DNA from: a virus
DNA: 64,000 nt
IMG/VR virus record: IMGVR_UViG_3300021142_000013
Location: 1 to 64,000 of that record
Direction: 5' to 3' (one strand)
In this document: positions 7,842 to 18,637 of the stretch, piece by piece
Layout: every line of letters starts with the position of its first letter
Position numbering within the stretch: position 1 is the stretch's first letter
The notes under the pieces: model-generated
Seen by the model: only the letters and a program-made list of their open reading frames with translations
What the model was told of the DNA's origin: nothing
The model's database searches: none
Program-made: the position numbers and the translations under genes

Positions 7842-10800
7842 TGAGTTTATCTACAAGTAGTGAATTTTTCATAAATATGAAAAGCATACCAGATTCCTCT
7901 TCTCAGGAGTATGATGCTTTTTTTAAAAATGAACTAGATAAAATTGAAAACGGATTTACTGTAAATGGAGTACATATAGATGGATGGCTTTATTGGCATA
8001 CTAATCACTGGAAGATTCATTTAGATGTAGAGAATAAGTTTACAGGTAAAATTAAAAGAAGTTTATCAGAACCCCTTCTTCGGGATAATGAATGGATGTT
8101 TGCTGAATATAGAGCAGAAGCTATTCGTAAAAAAATGGGGTTATGCGCTATAGGTACACGAAGATTTTCTAAAGCTCTTAGAAATGATAGTATTCTTTAT
8201 ATGGATGGTAAAGAAATAACTATAGGAGAAGTTAAAGAAGGAGATAAAATATATGGCGCAGATGGTAAACTAACTACTGTAATAGGAGTTTTTCCTCAAG
8301 GAATTAAAGATATTTATAAAGTTTCTTTACTGGATGGACGTGAAATATATTGTTGTGAAGATCATCTTTGGAAAGTATTTGATAAACATAGTCAAAGTTA
8401 TAAAGTAATTAAATTAAAAGAAATTCTTCCTAGATATAGATATCCAAGAATACATAATGGATATAAAGATGGCATAACAAGAACTATATTTGAAACAAGG
8501 TATTCTATTCCTAATAACAATTATGTGGAATATTCTCCAAGAGAAATTACCCTTGATCCATATTTTTTAGGACAATGGTTGGGTGATGGAGGTAGTAGAG
8601 ATCCTAGAATAACTACGGCTGATGAAGAAACATTAATATGGTTAAAACAATTTGCAAATTCATTAGATCTAGTTGTTAAAAAAGATGATACATCTTCTAC
8701 TAAATGTACTTATTTAATAACTACTGGAATTAAAGGAGGACATTGGACAACTAGAAAAAAGAATACTATAACAACAGAATTAAGAAAGTATAATTTAATT
8801 ACTAATAAACATATACCTTCAGATTATAAATATAATTCTTTTGAGGTAAGATTAGCTTTATTACAAGGATTAATGGATTCAGCTGGAACAGTTTCTAAAA
8901 GAGGAGATTCTATTTATTTTTCCAATAGTAATGAAAAGTTAGTTAAAGATGTGTATGATCTTGTCAGAAGCATGGGAATATCGGCATCTATTAAGAAAAA
9001 TAAAGCAGGATATAAGAAAAATGGAATTTATATACCATGTAAAGATTCTTATTCTGTAATTATGTTTACAGAATTACCTATATTTAGATTAACTAGAAAA
9101 CTTAATAAATGTGTAAAAAATAATAAAGGTAGACAATCTAAAATAAATAAAACTTCTATTGTCAATATAGAATTGATTGGTAAAGATTATGCTACATGTA
9201 TAACCGTAGATAATAAAGATCATTTATTTTTAACAGATAATTATACCCCAACACATAATTCTGAAATAGAATCATCTATTATAGGAAGGTCGGCTACTAT
9301 CTTTGAAGGTAGTGAAAATGTAATATCTGCAGGCAACGATAAGGATTTAAAGCTTATAGCAGATAAAATAGATAAAGGATTGAACAATGTTCATCCTTAT
9401 TTTAGATGGTCACGTATTGAAAATAATTGGGGTAAACAGGTAACTCTTGGTATAAAGGATAAGGAAGGGAATCGTATTCCATGGTCTTCTATTCTACCAC
9501 GAAATCTTGATGATGGTAACAATACAGAAGCTGTTGCAGGTATAACTGCATTTGAATTTATAATTGATGAGATAGGTAAGTTCTTATTTTTGAGATGTCT
9601 TGAAGCAGGTATTCCCGCATTTACATCTCCTTTTGGTTGGAGATGTTCACCATTACTTGTAGGAACAGGTGGTTCATTTGATAAAGGTAGTGACGCAGAA
9701 AAGATATTTAATAATCCAGAAGGTTATAACTTTCTGGCAATACATGTTAAAGATGAGCCTAAATCCTATGGTTTATTCCTTCCAGGAACTTATCGAATGG
9801 AAGCCAAAGAAGAATGCAAACTTGGTGAATGGTTAGCACAAGAAAAACAAATAGAAGTTCCATTAGATAGTGAAATATATAATTTGTCTTTTCAAAGAAC
9901 AAACCAGGAAAAGGCACAAGAGATAATTAAGAATGAACGAGAAACTGCTAAGAAAGCAAATGATCAGGAAGCATACTTAAAGGCAATAATGTATTATCCT
10001 TTAACTCCAGATGAATGTTTCTTAACAGCTTCTTTCAATATATTTAATGCTGCCTCTGCAGTAGGTCAGAAGAAAAGATTGGAAGGAAGTGAAACGAAAT
10101 ATACAAATGTATGGTTAGTTCATGATGGAGAAAATATCAAACATGAATTTTCAGATAAAAAACCTATAAGCACCTTTCCATATACAGGAGCAGGTAGTAA
10201 AGATGCTCCTATTCAAATGTGGGAAGCACCAATACATAATCCTCCATTCGGACTATATGTAGCAGGAGTCGATCCGTATCGTCAAGGTAAATCTGAATAT
10301 TCTACTTCATTAGGTGCTGTTTATATTTATAAACGAATGCACGATATTACAGGAGAGAAGTTTCAAGATATGTTTGTTGCTTCTTATGTTGCAAGACCTA
10401 ATTCCAAAGATACATGGCATGAACAAGCAAGACTTCTTATTAAATATTATAATGCAAGAACTCTTGTAGAAAATGATGAAATATCTTTTATAGATTATAT
10501 GAAATCTAAAGGAGATGCTAGGTATTTAGAATCTCAACCACAATGGTTACGTGAAGTAGTTCCTAATACAACGATGGATAGGGAATTTGGTATATCTCGT
10601 GCCTCTCAAAAAGTACGTGATCACTTACATAATTGTTTAAAGAAATATTTAGACGAAACTATTAAGATAGAAAAAGATGAAAACGGTTCTGTAATACGAG
10701 AGATACTAGGAGTTAATAGAATATTTGATACAATGTTACTTGAAGAAATTATTAAATATAATGAAACAGGTAACTTTGATAGAATTATTGCTGCAGAACT

Positions 10801-10954
10801 TGCCATAGCAATGGCACATCATATGGACCCTATGGGTAAAGTAAGAGATACTCAAGATGAAAGATTAGAATCACTTAAAAAGATATCAAAAAATAAATCT
10901 ATATTTTCTGAAGGAAAACCTTTCTTTGGAACAAAGCATAAAACATTTAGATAA
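7841..10954 (+). CDS. terL: terminase large subunit (intein-containing)
   Basis: Walker A GTRRFSK|S split by an intein, Walker B FIIDEIG, coupling motif VGTGG, nuclease AGVDPY and FDRI; upstream of portal. Confidence 0.93.
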   Translation: MSLSTSSEFFINMKSIPDSSSQEYDAFFKNELDKIENGFTVNGVHIDGWLYWHTNHWKIHLDVENKFTGKIKRSLSEPLLRDNEWMFAEYRAEAIRKKMGLCAIGTRRFSKALRNDSILYMDGKEITIGEVKEGDKIYGADGKLTTVIGVFPQGIKDIYKVSLLDGREIYCCEDHLWKVFDKHSQSYKVIKLKEILPRYRYPRIHNGYKDGITRTIFETRYSIPNNNYVEYSPREITLDPYFLGQWLGDGGSRDPRITTADEETLIWLKQFANSLDLVVKKDDTSSTKCTYLITTGIKGGHWTTRKKNTITTELRKYNLITNKHIPSDYKYNSFEVRLALLQGLMDSAGTVSKRGDSIYFSNSNEKLVKDVYDLVRSMGISASIKKNKAGYKKNGIYIPCKDSYSVIMFTELPIFRLTRKLNKCVKNNKGRQSKINKTSIVNIELIGKDYATCITVDNKDHLFLTDNYTPTHNSEIESSIIGRSATIFEGSENVISAGNDKDLKLIADKIDKGLNNVHPYFRWSRIENNWGKQVTLGIKDKEGNRIPWSSILPRNLDDGNNTEAVAGITAFEFIIDEIGKFLFLRCLEAGIPAFTSPFGWRCSPLLVGTGGSFDKGSDAEKIFNNPEGYNFLAIHVKDEPKSYGLFLPGTYRMEAKEECKLGEWLAQEKQIEVPLDSEIYNLSFQRTNQEKAQEIIKNERETAKKANDQEAYLKAIMYYPLTPDECFLTASFNIFNAASAVGQKKRLEGSETKYTNVWLVHDGENIKHEFSDKKPISTFPYTGAGSKDAPIQMWEAPIHNPPFGLYVAGVDPYRQGKSEYSTSLGAVYIYKRMHDITGEKFQDMFVASYVARPNSKDTWHEQARLLIKYYNARTLVENDEISFIDYMKSKGDARYLESQPQWLREVVPNTTMDREFGISRASQKVRDHLHNCLKKYLDETIKIEKDENGSVIREILGVNRIFDTMLLEEIIKYNETGNFDRIIAAELAIAMAHHMDPMGKVRDTQDERLESLKKISKNKSIFSEGKPFFGTKHKTFR
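8174..9259 (+). mobile_element. class-3-type intein (362 aa) with LAGLIDADG endonuclease domain
   Basis: Starts with Ala (ALRNDS), block B CCEDHLW, block F ATCITV, ends THN|S; LAGLIDADG motifs FLGQWLGDG and LLQGLMDSAG. Confidence 0.88.
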
Positions 10955-13527
10955 TGCCTATAATAATTACTACAAAAGAAGCAAATGTTCCTCAAGAACA
11001 GTTTCTAAATATTTATCCAGATCAATTTGTTTCTGATAAAAAGAAACAACAAGATGACTTCCTTAAAAGGAATATGGATTATTTTTATACTGTAGCAATA
11101 AATGCTTTTTCAAAAAATCATGGAAGATGCGCCAGAAACTATGAAATTCTTAAAGGAGTTATTCGTAGAGAAGATTTTTATGAAGGAGAAGAAGTAAAAA
11201 GTTTTACTGAAACAGTAATGGATTCAATTGATCTTCCCGCATATGTACAGCACTATTCTATAATGACTCCTGTGATAAATACTCTTGTAGGAGAAATGAG
11301 TAAGCGTCCAGATAATACTTATGTAAAAGCATATGATGACGATTCTAAAGCAGAAGAATTAGAATATAAAACTCAGATTCTTAATCAATTTGCAATGCAA
11401 AAAGCAAAAGAAAGAATCATGGGAATTCTTGCAATGCAGGGACAAAACGATATAGACCCACAAGAATTACAGCAAATGACTGCAGAAAGTGTGGGTAAAG
11501 ATGTAACTTCTTATACTTCAGTTGCAGAAAGATGGGGTAGTAGAATGATTGAAGCCCTTAAAGTATCCTTCTCCATGAGAGAAAAATCAGAAGAATGCTT
11601 TAGAGATTTAACAATTACTGCACGAGAATTCATGCATATATATGAGGATAAATCTCCAATGGGATTTGGTATAGAAGTATTAAATCCTAAAAATGTATGG
11701 TGGTTAACAACACCTGATGAAAAATATATATCTGACCCCTTGGATAAAGGTGCTGGTTCATATGCTGCAGGTACAATACATATAATGGAACTTTCAGAAA
11801 TTCTTCATAAATTTTCATTAACAGATAAAGAAATAGAACATTTAAAAGAACAATCTCAACAGTCTTATCTTATAAATGTAAGGGAATCTAATCTTGTGAG
11901 ACCTACTTCAAGTAGTTATGGTTCAATTACTTATGATACATATTCTCCTTTAATTATGCAAGAACGTTTCTTAATGGAAGCGCAATTGAAAGAAAATCAT
12001 GATGAACTAGATAACTTTTTAGGAATAACTAATAGTGCAGGAACATTTGGTAATAAATATATGGTTGTTAGAGCATACTGGTGTTCTAAAAAGCAAATAG
12101 GCGATCTTAAATACCTCGATGAAGATGGTGTTGAAAGAAGTATGTATGTAGATGAAAACTATGTAGAAGGATCTCATCCAGGTCAAACGTCTTTAGTTTG
12201 GGGATGGGTTAATCAATGGTATCATGGATTGAAGATAGGTCCAGATATTTATTATGTTAAACCATTTGAATTACTTGATTACTGTCCTATTATAGGATCT
12301 GTATTTGAAAATAAAAACGCAGAACCTAAATCTTTAGTAGATTTAATGAAGCCTTTCCAAACTTTATATAATTTATTTATGAATAAGTTATGGGAAACTG
12401 CTGCAAAAGATTGGGGTAATGTTATTTTAACTAATATAAGACATGTACCTACTCTTAAAGATGGTGACAGTCAAGATTCATTAGAACAGTTTGAAGAAGC
12501 TGCTAGAGCAAGAGGTATTGCATATTTAGATGATTCTCCTGAAAATACTAAAGCTCCTAGTTCATTTAATCAACATACGGTATTAAAAGCTTCTCGTGTA
12601 GAAGAACTACGTGGTTATTGGGGTATGGCTGCATCTATGAAACAAGAATGTTGGGAACTAGTAGGGCTATCCAGAGAACGTGTAGGTTCTGTTGCTGCTA
12701 CACAGACCGCTACAGGTACAAATACGGCATTAAGTCAATCATATGCTCAAACAGAACCGTGGTTTTCACATCACGAATATTTCTTAAATAAGGTATATCA
12801 GGCAATGCTTGATGCTGCTTTATATATTCAATCTCATAAACCTCTTTCTACAATATCCTATGTATCAAATGAAGGAGAACAATGTTTTGTTCAAGTAAAT
12901 GGTTCTGATCTTAAACTTAAAGATCTCATGGTTCTTGTAACTAGTAGAGCAGAAGACGCAAATACATTTAAACAGTTACAACAGTTAGCTCAACCAATGT
13001 TACAAAACGGAGCTTCTCCATATGAAGTTGCCCAATTGTATACTACCAAATCTCTTAGAATGCTTAAAGATACATTTAAAGCAAACATGGAGAAAATGGA
13101 TAAACGTGTACAAGATGAACAGCAACAGAAGCAGGAAGAAATGAAACAAAAGCAACAGATGTTTGAACAAGAACAACAGTTAGCTCTACAACAGAAAGAT
13201 AAAGAAATGGAAAACGATAACATGAATAAGCAATTAGATCGCTTATCTAAAGAAAAAATCGCATCTTTATCTAAAAAAGGAGATCCTACAACAGATTCTT
13301 CTGATAACGATATTGCTTTGAGTAAGTTAGAACAGGAAAGTGAACGTATTCAAAGAGACCATGATATTAAGAAAATGCAAATAGATCAGAAACAACAAGA
13401 AATTTTACATAATCAATCTGTGGATAATAAAAAGTTACAACTTGAACAGCAGAAAATAAATGCTGAAAAAGAAAGAACGGCTGGTCAATTAAAAATGGCT
13501 AAACAGAAAGGTAAAGATAAAAAATAG
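10954..13527 (+). CDS. portal protein
   Basis: 857 aa directly after TerL with a long Gln/Lys-rich coiled-coil C-terminal barrel; crAss-like gene order. Confidence 0.88.
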   Translation: MPIIITTKEANVPQEQFLNIYPDQFVSDKKKQQDDFLKRNMDYFYTVAINAFSKNHGRCARNYEILKGVIRREDFYEGEEVKSFTETVMDSIDLPAYVQHYSIMTPVINTLVGEMSKRPDNTYVKAYDDDSKAEELEYKTQILNQFAMQKAKERIMGILAMQGQNDIDPQELQQMTAESVGKDVTSYTSVAERWGSRMIEALKVSFSMREKSEECFRDLTITAREFMHIYEDKSPMGFGIEVLNPKNVWWLTTPDEKYISDPLDKGAGSYAAGTIHIMELSEILHKFSLTDKEIEHLKEQSQQSYLINVRESNLVRPTSSSYGSITYDTYSPLIMQERFLMEAQLKENHDELDNFLGITNSAGTFGNKYMVVRAYWCSKKQIGDLKYLDEDGVERSMYVDENYVEGSHPGQTSLVWGWVNQWYHGLKIGPDIYYVKPFELLDYCPIIGSVFENKNAEPKSLVDLMKPFQTLYNLFMNKLWETAAKDWGNVILTNIRHVPTLKDGDSQDSLEQFEEAARARGIAYLDDSPENTKAPSSFNQHTVLKASRVEELRGYWGMAASMKQECWELVGLSRERVGSVAATQTATGTNTALSQSYAQTEPWFSHHEYFLNKVYQAMLDAALYIQSHKPLSTISYVSNEGEQCFVQVNGSDLKLKDLMVLVTSRAEDANTFKQLQQLAQPMLQNGASPYEVAQLYTTKSLRMLKDTFKANMEKMDKRVQDEQQQKQEEMKQKQQMFEQEQQLALQQKDKEMENDNMNKQLDRLSKEKIASLSKKGDPTTDSSDNDIALSKLEQESERIQRDHDIKKMQIDQKQQEILHNQSVDNKKLQLEQQKINAEKERTAGQLKMAKQKGKDKK

Positions 13528-13533
13528 TTTAAT

Positions 13534-13878
13534 ATGAAGACTATAAAAATACCTATTTATGAATGTACGGTTCGTTTATATATTACAAAAAATATAAATA
13601 AAAGTGCAAATAAGATATATAAAAAGAATGACTGTAAAGATATTTTAACAGATAATCCTGCAGCATATCATTTGTATTTTGAAATGGATGCTTATTATCT
13701 TTTTATAAATACTACAAGTATTAGTTTTAATACCATATGTCATGAACTATATCATCTTGTAAGATCTATTGCAGAGGATAGAGGTATTAAAGAAGAGGAA
13801 GCTACTGCTTGGATACAAGGATATCTTGCGGATGAAATATTCAAATATATACTAAAAAAGGGATATTCTTTGACATAA
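13534..13878 (+). CDS. small zincin-like metalloprotein
   Basis: CHELYH (HExxH) with downstream EEEATAW. Confidence 0.65.
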   Translation: MKTIKIPIYECTVRLYITKNINKSANKIYKKNDCKDILTDNPAAYHLYFEMDAYYLFINTTSISFNTICHELYHLVRSIAEDRGIKEEEATAWIQGYLADEIFKYILKKGYSLT

Positions 13879-13942
13879 TATTAACCATTAAAAAACTTAA
13901 TGCTATATAATGCAACTTTTTTTAATGTTTTAAGCATAAAAA

Positions 13943-13974
13943 TTTGGTAAATATAAATATTTGACTTAATTTTA
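13943..13974 (+). promoter_or_regulatory. Bacteroidota-type promoter for capsid genes
   Basis: TTTG - 20 nt - TAATTTTA; upstream TAATGCTATATAATG motif at 13898. Confidence 0.55.
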
Positions 13975-14004
13975 CATTGAAACCAGAAATAATACTAAAT
14001 ACAT

Positions 14005-15192
14005 ATGGATAATAATCTTGAACAGTTCAAGGGGAATATTCTTAACGACCAAGAAAATACTTTCGGAATCTCAAATACAACATTGTTTGATGAAGACGAA
14101 GATCCTATTTTTGGAAATTCTAACGTTACAGCAAACCCTAAAGATATAAAACCTATAGAGCAAGAGGATAAAAAACCTGAAGCTAAACCTGTTCCTAAAA
14201 AAGAAGAGGCTAAAGTTGAAGATAAACCTGATGATCATATAGATATCTTAGATGATGAACCTAAAGAAGAAGTTTTAAATGAAACTAAAACTACTACTAA
14301 AGATAAAGTAAATCAATCTGAAGACGATAATGTTTTTGAAGCAATATCTGAACAGTTACAAGAATTGGGTATTTTTACTCCTGAAGAAGGAGAAGAAAAA
14401 ATAATTACAAAAACACCAGAAGAATTTAAAGATCGTTTTGTAAAAGAAATACAAAAACAAGCAAATGGTTATTTAAATGAAATCTTATCTCCTTTTGGAG
14501 AAGAAGGTTACGAAATGTTTAAATCTATATTTGTAGATGGTGTTCACCCAAGAGATTATTTATCCGCATTTAATGAAATCGAATCTATTAAAGATTTAGA
14601 TATAACTGATGAATCTAATCAAGAAAGTATAGTAAGAGATTACTATGAAAGGCTAGGTTGGAAAAAAGAAGGAATAAATAAAAAAATACAAACACTTAAA
14701 GATACAGCTAATCTTGAAGAAGAAGCAGGGGTTGTTTATGAACAATTACTCGCACAAGAAGAAGCTAATCTTAAAGATTTAACTGTTAAAGCAGAAGCTA
14801 GAAAAAAAGAACAGTTAAAGTATAAACAAGAATATTATAATAATATAAATAGTTTGTTACAAGAAAAAATCAAAATAAAAGAATTTGATGGTATTCCTGT
14901 AACAGATAAAATAGCTAAAGAAACACTAGACTATTTATATACTGAAAAGTATAAGACAAATAGCGGAGAGTTGCTTACAGAATTTGATAAAGATATTCTG
15001 GAATTAAGGAGACCTGAAAATCACGCAACTAAAGTTAAATTAGCACTCCTTTTAAGGAATAAGTTAGATCTTTCAAAAGTAAAAGCAAAAGAACAAGTAC
15101 AAAGTAAAGATGAACTTTTTACAAAACTTGCTCGGAAAAATAACTTAGAAAAGAAACAAAATCCATCATATACAAACGAGTCCTTTATTTAA
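14005..15192 (+). CDS. putative capsid scaffolding protein
   Basis: Acidic disordered N-half and helical C-half, immediately before MCP. Confidence 0.65.
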   Translation: MDNNLEQFKGNILNDQENTFGISNTTLFDEDEDPIFGNSNVTANPKDIKPIEQEDKKPEAKPVPKKEEAKVEDKPDDHIDILDDEPKEEVLNETKTTTKDKVNQSEDDNVFEAISEQLQELGIFTPEEGEEKIITKTPEEFKDRFVKEIQKQANGYLNEILSPFGEEGYEMFKSIFVDGVHPRDYLSAFNEIESIKDLDITDESNQESIVRDYYERLGWKKEGINKKIQTLKDTANLEEEAGVVYEQLLAQEEANLKDLTVKAEARKKEQLKYKQEYYNNINSLLQEKIKIKEFDGIPVTDKIAKETLDYLYTEKYKTNSGELLTEFDKDILELRRPENHATKVKLALLLRNKLDLSKVKAKEQVQSKDELFTKLARKNNLEKKQNPSYTNESFI

Positions 15193-15222
15193 GGAATAAT
15201 AAAACATAAATTTTAAAGCAAA

Positions 15223-16800
15223 ATGGCTTCAACTAATTTACAACAAGTACCTGGCTTTAATGGGTATATCGCCAAACGTTATTCTTCTATGGATAGGAGA
15301 GTAATTGGTAAGTTCACGGATGCAAACCACCTTGAATCATTAACCCATGGTCTTCAGCCTACGGAGTACGATAAAAAAATAATCACGTTGTATACACAGA
15401 CTTCTTTGTATGCAAATGATTTTATGCAAATGTTGGACAAATCCACACCTTTTTATCTGAATTCAAATTCAGACTATTGGCAGTGGAAAGTAGAAGTTCC
15501 TTACAAATTTAATACTATTGTAGAGATACCTTCTAGTACAAGTTCACTTTCTGTTATCGGTATTGATAGTCAGGAATTCCAGTTAGTATTTGAACGCAAG
15601 TTCAATATTAACGAGGTAATAACTTGTCATAAAATGTATGGTCAAAGGTTTGTTATAATTGACGATCCTACCCCATATAATACAGGTTGGTTGCATACAT
15701 TGACATTGATCTCTCCAACTCCTCTTACAGATTTTGTAAATCCACGATTTATCGCTGTAGGTATTGAGTATCAGGTAGTTGATGTTCTTGTTGGTGAGTT
15801 TGATTCTAAACTTGCAGGTCTTGACAATTTGGCAGATTCAATCATGCTTTACGAAACATTGTCTGCTGGTTATGGTGTTCAACACTCTATTACTGGTTGG
15901 GCAGATGCTCGTACTCTTCGTGATAGTAACGGTAAACCATTGGATATTATGGTATATGCTAAACAGCGCAGGAATGAAGCTGGTAAAGCAGAAACTGTAG
16001 ATGTACGTTGGGAACCATTTGTGGAAACACTTTGTCGTAAGAAAATGATGGATCTGAAAGTAAACCGTATGATATGGGGTACTCCAGGTTTGGCTAAGAC
16101 TCGTGGTTCTAAACAAGAACTTAAACAAGCAGTATCTGGTCTTTACTATCAGATGCGTCAAAATGGTAATCTTGTTCGTTACAATAAAGGTCAGTTCTCT
16201 ATTAACCTTTTGAGGGATGTCTTCGGTGACTTGTTCTATCGTAGGGTTGATATGGGTGAACGTCGTGTAGATATATTCACTAATGAAGCAGGTTTTGATG
16301 TATTCGATCAGGCTTGTAAGCAAGATGCAATGGGTTCAGGTGTATCGTTCATGTCTCATGGTAATGATGGTTTCATACAGAATAAAGGTATGGACGGTCA
16401 AATTAATACCCTACAAATGAACTTTGCGTTTAACTCTATTGTTACTCGTGAAACAGGTACTATTAAAGTTCATCACCTTCGCGAATTGGACTTACCACAA
16501 ACAAATACTGAATTTGGTCAGAATAAAAAATCTACTCCAATATTCATGGTGTTTGACGTATCTCCTTCTGCAGATGGTTCTTTGATAAATAACATTCGTG
16601 AAGTTCGTCACGCAGGTGCTCCTTCAATGACATGGGGTTATGTAGACGGTACTGTATCTCACTTGGGTTTTGCAAAATCTCAAGGTATGCAGTCAGCATC
16701 AATGGACCCTTGGTATACAATGTGGTTTAAAGATCGTGCAGATATATTTGTAGAAGATCTTTCTCGTACAGTTCTGATTGAAGAAATTCCTCAGTTCTAA
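15223..16800 (+). CDS. major capsid protein
   Basis: 525 aa, high-expression codon usage, position after scaffold, followed by a hairpin; crAss-like order. Confidence 0.88.
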   Translation: MASTNLQQVPGFNGYIAKRYSSMDRRVIGKFTDANHLESLTHGLQPTEYDKKIITLYTQTSLYANDFMQMLDKSTPFYLNSNSDYWQWKVEVPYKFNTIVEIPSSTSSLSVIGIDSQEFQLVFERKFNINEVITCHKMYGQRFVIIDDPTPYNTGWLHTLTLISPTPLTDFVNPRFIAVGIEYQVVDVLVGEFDSKLAGLDNLADSIMLYETLSAGYGVQHSITGWADARTLRDSNGKPLDIMVYAKQRRNEAGKAETVDVRWEPFVETLCRKKMMDLKVNRMIWGTPGLAKTRGSKQELKQAVSGLYYQMRQNGNLVRYNKGQFSINLLRDVFGDLFYRRVDMGERRVDIFTNEAGFDVFDQACKQDAMGSGVSFMSHGNDGFIQNKGMDGQINTLQMNFAFNSIVTRETGTIKVHHLRELDLPQTNTEFGQNKKSTPIFMVFDVSPSADGSLINNIREVRHAGAPSMTWGYVDGTVSHLGFAKSQGMQSASMDPWYTMWFKDRADIFVEDLSRTVLIEEIPQF

Positions 16801-16811
16801 TAAAACTCATC

Positions 16812-16862
16812 GCAGGGGAATTTCAAACTTCTCGCCTAGAAAAACCCCTGCACCTTTTATTT
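16812..16862 (+). terminator. hairpin/terminator after MCP
   Basis: GCAGGGG...CCCCTGC followed by a T-rich tract. Confidence 0.5.
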
Positions 16863-16929
16863 ATCTTCAGGATACGTTGGTTCGCGACCAGATGAAAGAC
16901 TAAAATAAACCAAAATAAATTAAATACAT

Positions 16930-17889
16930 ATGATTGGTAAGTTAGGTAAAATCTCTCCTATTAAGAAGGTTTATAGTTCTGAACATAGAACATTAGAAAC
17001 TTCACTATCCTCTTTAGGTCGCAATCGTCTTCCTGGTACAGGACTACGTGTAGGTCCAACAAGAGAACCTTCTGGAGAATATCGGACAGGTCTTAATCCA
17101 GATGCTTTGTATATCAAAAGAATGAAATCTGCTGAAGAACAAGCACAGGAAAAAGAAAGGGTTACAAAACTTAAAGATGAACTTGAAAATCTTTCAGGTC
17201 TTGATTTAGGTCCTCGCTCAGATTATTATACAAAAATGACTGATGCAGAATATGGAACCCCTACTAGGGCACGTTTTGTAAAACTAATGGACGGTACAAA
17301 CTTATTCAATCTGGATGATATACAAGATGCTATAACTTATGCATGGCTACGAGTTCATGAAAATATAGCTCCTTCGATGCAAGCATTTAAAGAAGGTCGT
17401 ATATCAGCACGTTCAGAAGATATTTTCTTTTTCGTAGATGATGAAGAATATCAAACAGAACAAACATATAAAGAAAATACAATAATAGATAAAGCAGTAG
17501 CAAGTCTTATTAATTTAAGTCCTATTAAAAGAGCTAAAATAGCAAGATTGCTAGGATTAAAAATATCTTCAGATGCAAGAGAAGATGCTGTATATAATGC
17601 TTTAACAAAATATATAAAAGATACAACTACAAAAGATAAACTACATAATGTAAACTTGTTTAATAAGTTTATAGATATGAAAGATGATAATCTTGAAGTA
17701 CAGTATCTTGTTGAAGAAGCTTTAAATTTAAATATTTATCGTTTAAATAAATATAAAGTATACGAAGGAGAAAACGTTATCGCTTCTACAAAACAAGAAG
17801 TTATAGAAATGTTATCTACTCCAAAATATCAGGAAGATCTTCTTGCACTTAAAGAAAAGATTAAATCTAAAAGAACAGTTGAAGCATGA
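16930..17889 (+). CDS. conserved crAss-like post-MCP protein
   Basis: 319 aa; position in the MCP block. Confidence 0.6.
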   Translation: MIGKLGKISPIKKVYSSEHRTLETSLSSLGRNRLPGTGLRVGPTREPSGEYRTGLNPDALYIKRMKSAEEQAQEKERVTKLKDELENLSGLDLGPRSDYYTKMTDAEYGTPTRARFVKLMDGTNLFNLDDIQDAITYAWLRVHENIAPSMQAFKEGRISARSEDIFFFVDDEEYQTEQTYKENTIIDKAVASLINLSPIKRAKIARLLGLKISSDAREDAVYNALTKYIKDTTTKDKLHNVNLFNKFIDMKDDNLEVQYLVEEALNLNIYRLNKYKVYEGENVIASTKQEVIEMLSTPKYQEDLLALKEKIKSKRTVEA

Positions 17890-18614
17890 TTCCTGTAAGA
17901 AGTTTAGTGTACGAAATGCGAATGAGACTAAATAAAAAAGTCTCAAACGAATACCAAGATATTCCAGATATGGATTTAATGGTAGCACTAAACGAAGCAC
18001 AAAATAAATTAATAAAAAAGAAATTAGGTCAAAATAATAATTACAGTTTAGGATTAGATTCTTTTAAGAAAAGATACGAAGATTTACAATCCCTTGTAGT
18101 ACCTTTTGAACAAATTTCAGTAACTAAAACACAGGAACTATTTACAAGCTATAGTTCAGATATAACTAAATTACAATATGATTATTTTGTTCCTTTGAAC
18201 ATGTACGCTACATGCACTAAAGGAAAATGTAAAAATAGAGTAATTTATATAGGAAGAATAGTAAGACATGCGGATTTAACAACATTGTTAAATAATTCAA
18301 ATTTTACTCCTTCTTTTGCCTATCAAGAAACATTAGCTGTTATATCAGGAAATAACGTTATAGTATATGCAAATGATCCTGATGGAGACTTTATAGTAAA
18401 TAATTTATATATTTCCTATTTAAGATACCCACAAAAAATAGATATTGCAGGATATTTTGATTTACAAGGTAATCCTTCAGTTGATAGTGATTGCGAACTA
18501 GTAGATTATTTAAAAGACGAATTGCTTGATATAGCTACTCGCGAATTAGCAATGGATACTGAAAATACTCCTGTAATACAATACTCAGAAATAAGAAATA
18601 AAAATAACGAATAA
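17886..18614 (+). CDS. head-tail ring/connector protein
   Basis: LNEAQ...DLQSLV...ISYLRYP...DCEL pattern seen in crAss-like ring proteins. Confidence 0.65.
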   Translation: MIPVRSLVYEMRMRLNKKVSNEYQDIPDMDLMVALNEAQNKLIKKKLGQNNNYSLGLDSFKKRYEDLQSLVVPFEQISVTKTQELFTSYSSDITKLQYDYFVPLNMYATCTKGKCKNRVIYIGRIVRHADLTTLLNNSNFTPSFAYQETLAVISGNNVIVYANDPDGDFIVNNLYISYLRYPQKIDIAGYFDLQGNPSVDSDCELVDYLKDELLDIATRELAMDTENTPVIQYSEIRNKNNE

Positions 18615-18637
18615 TAACTTATAAAATTTAGATAAAC

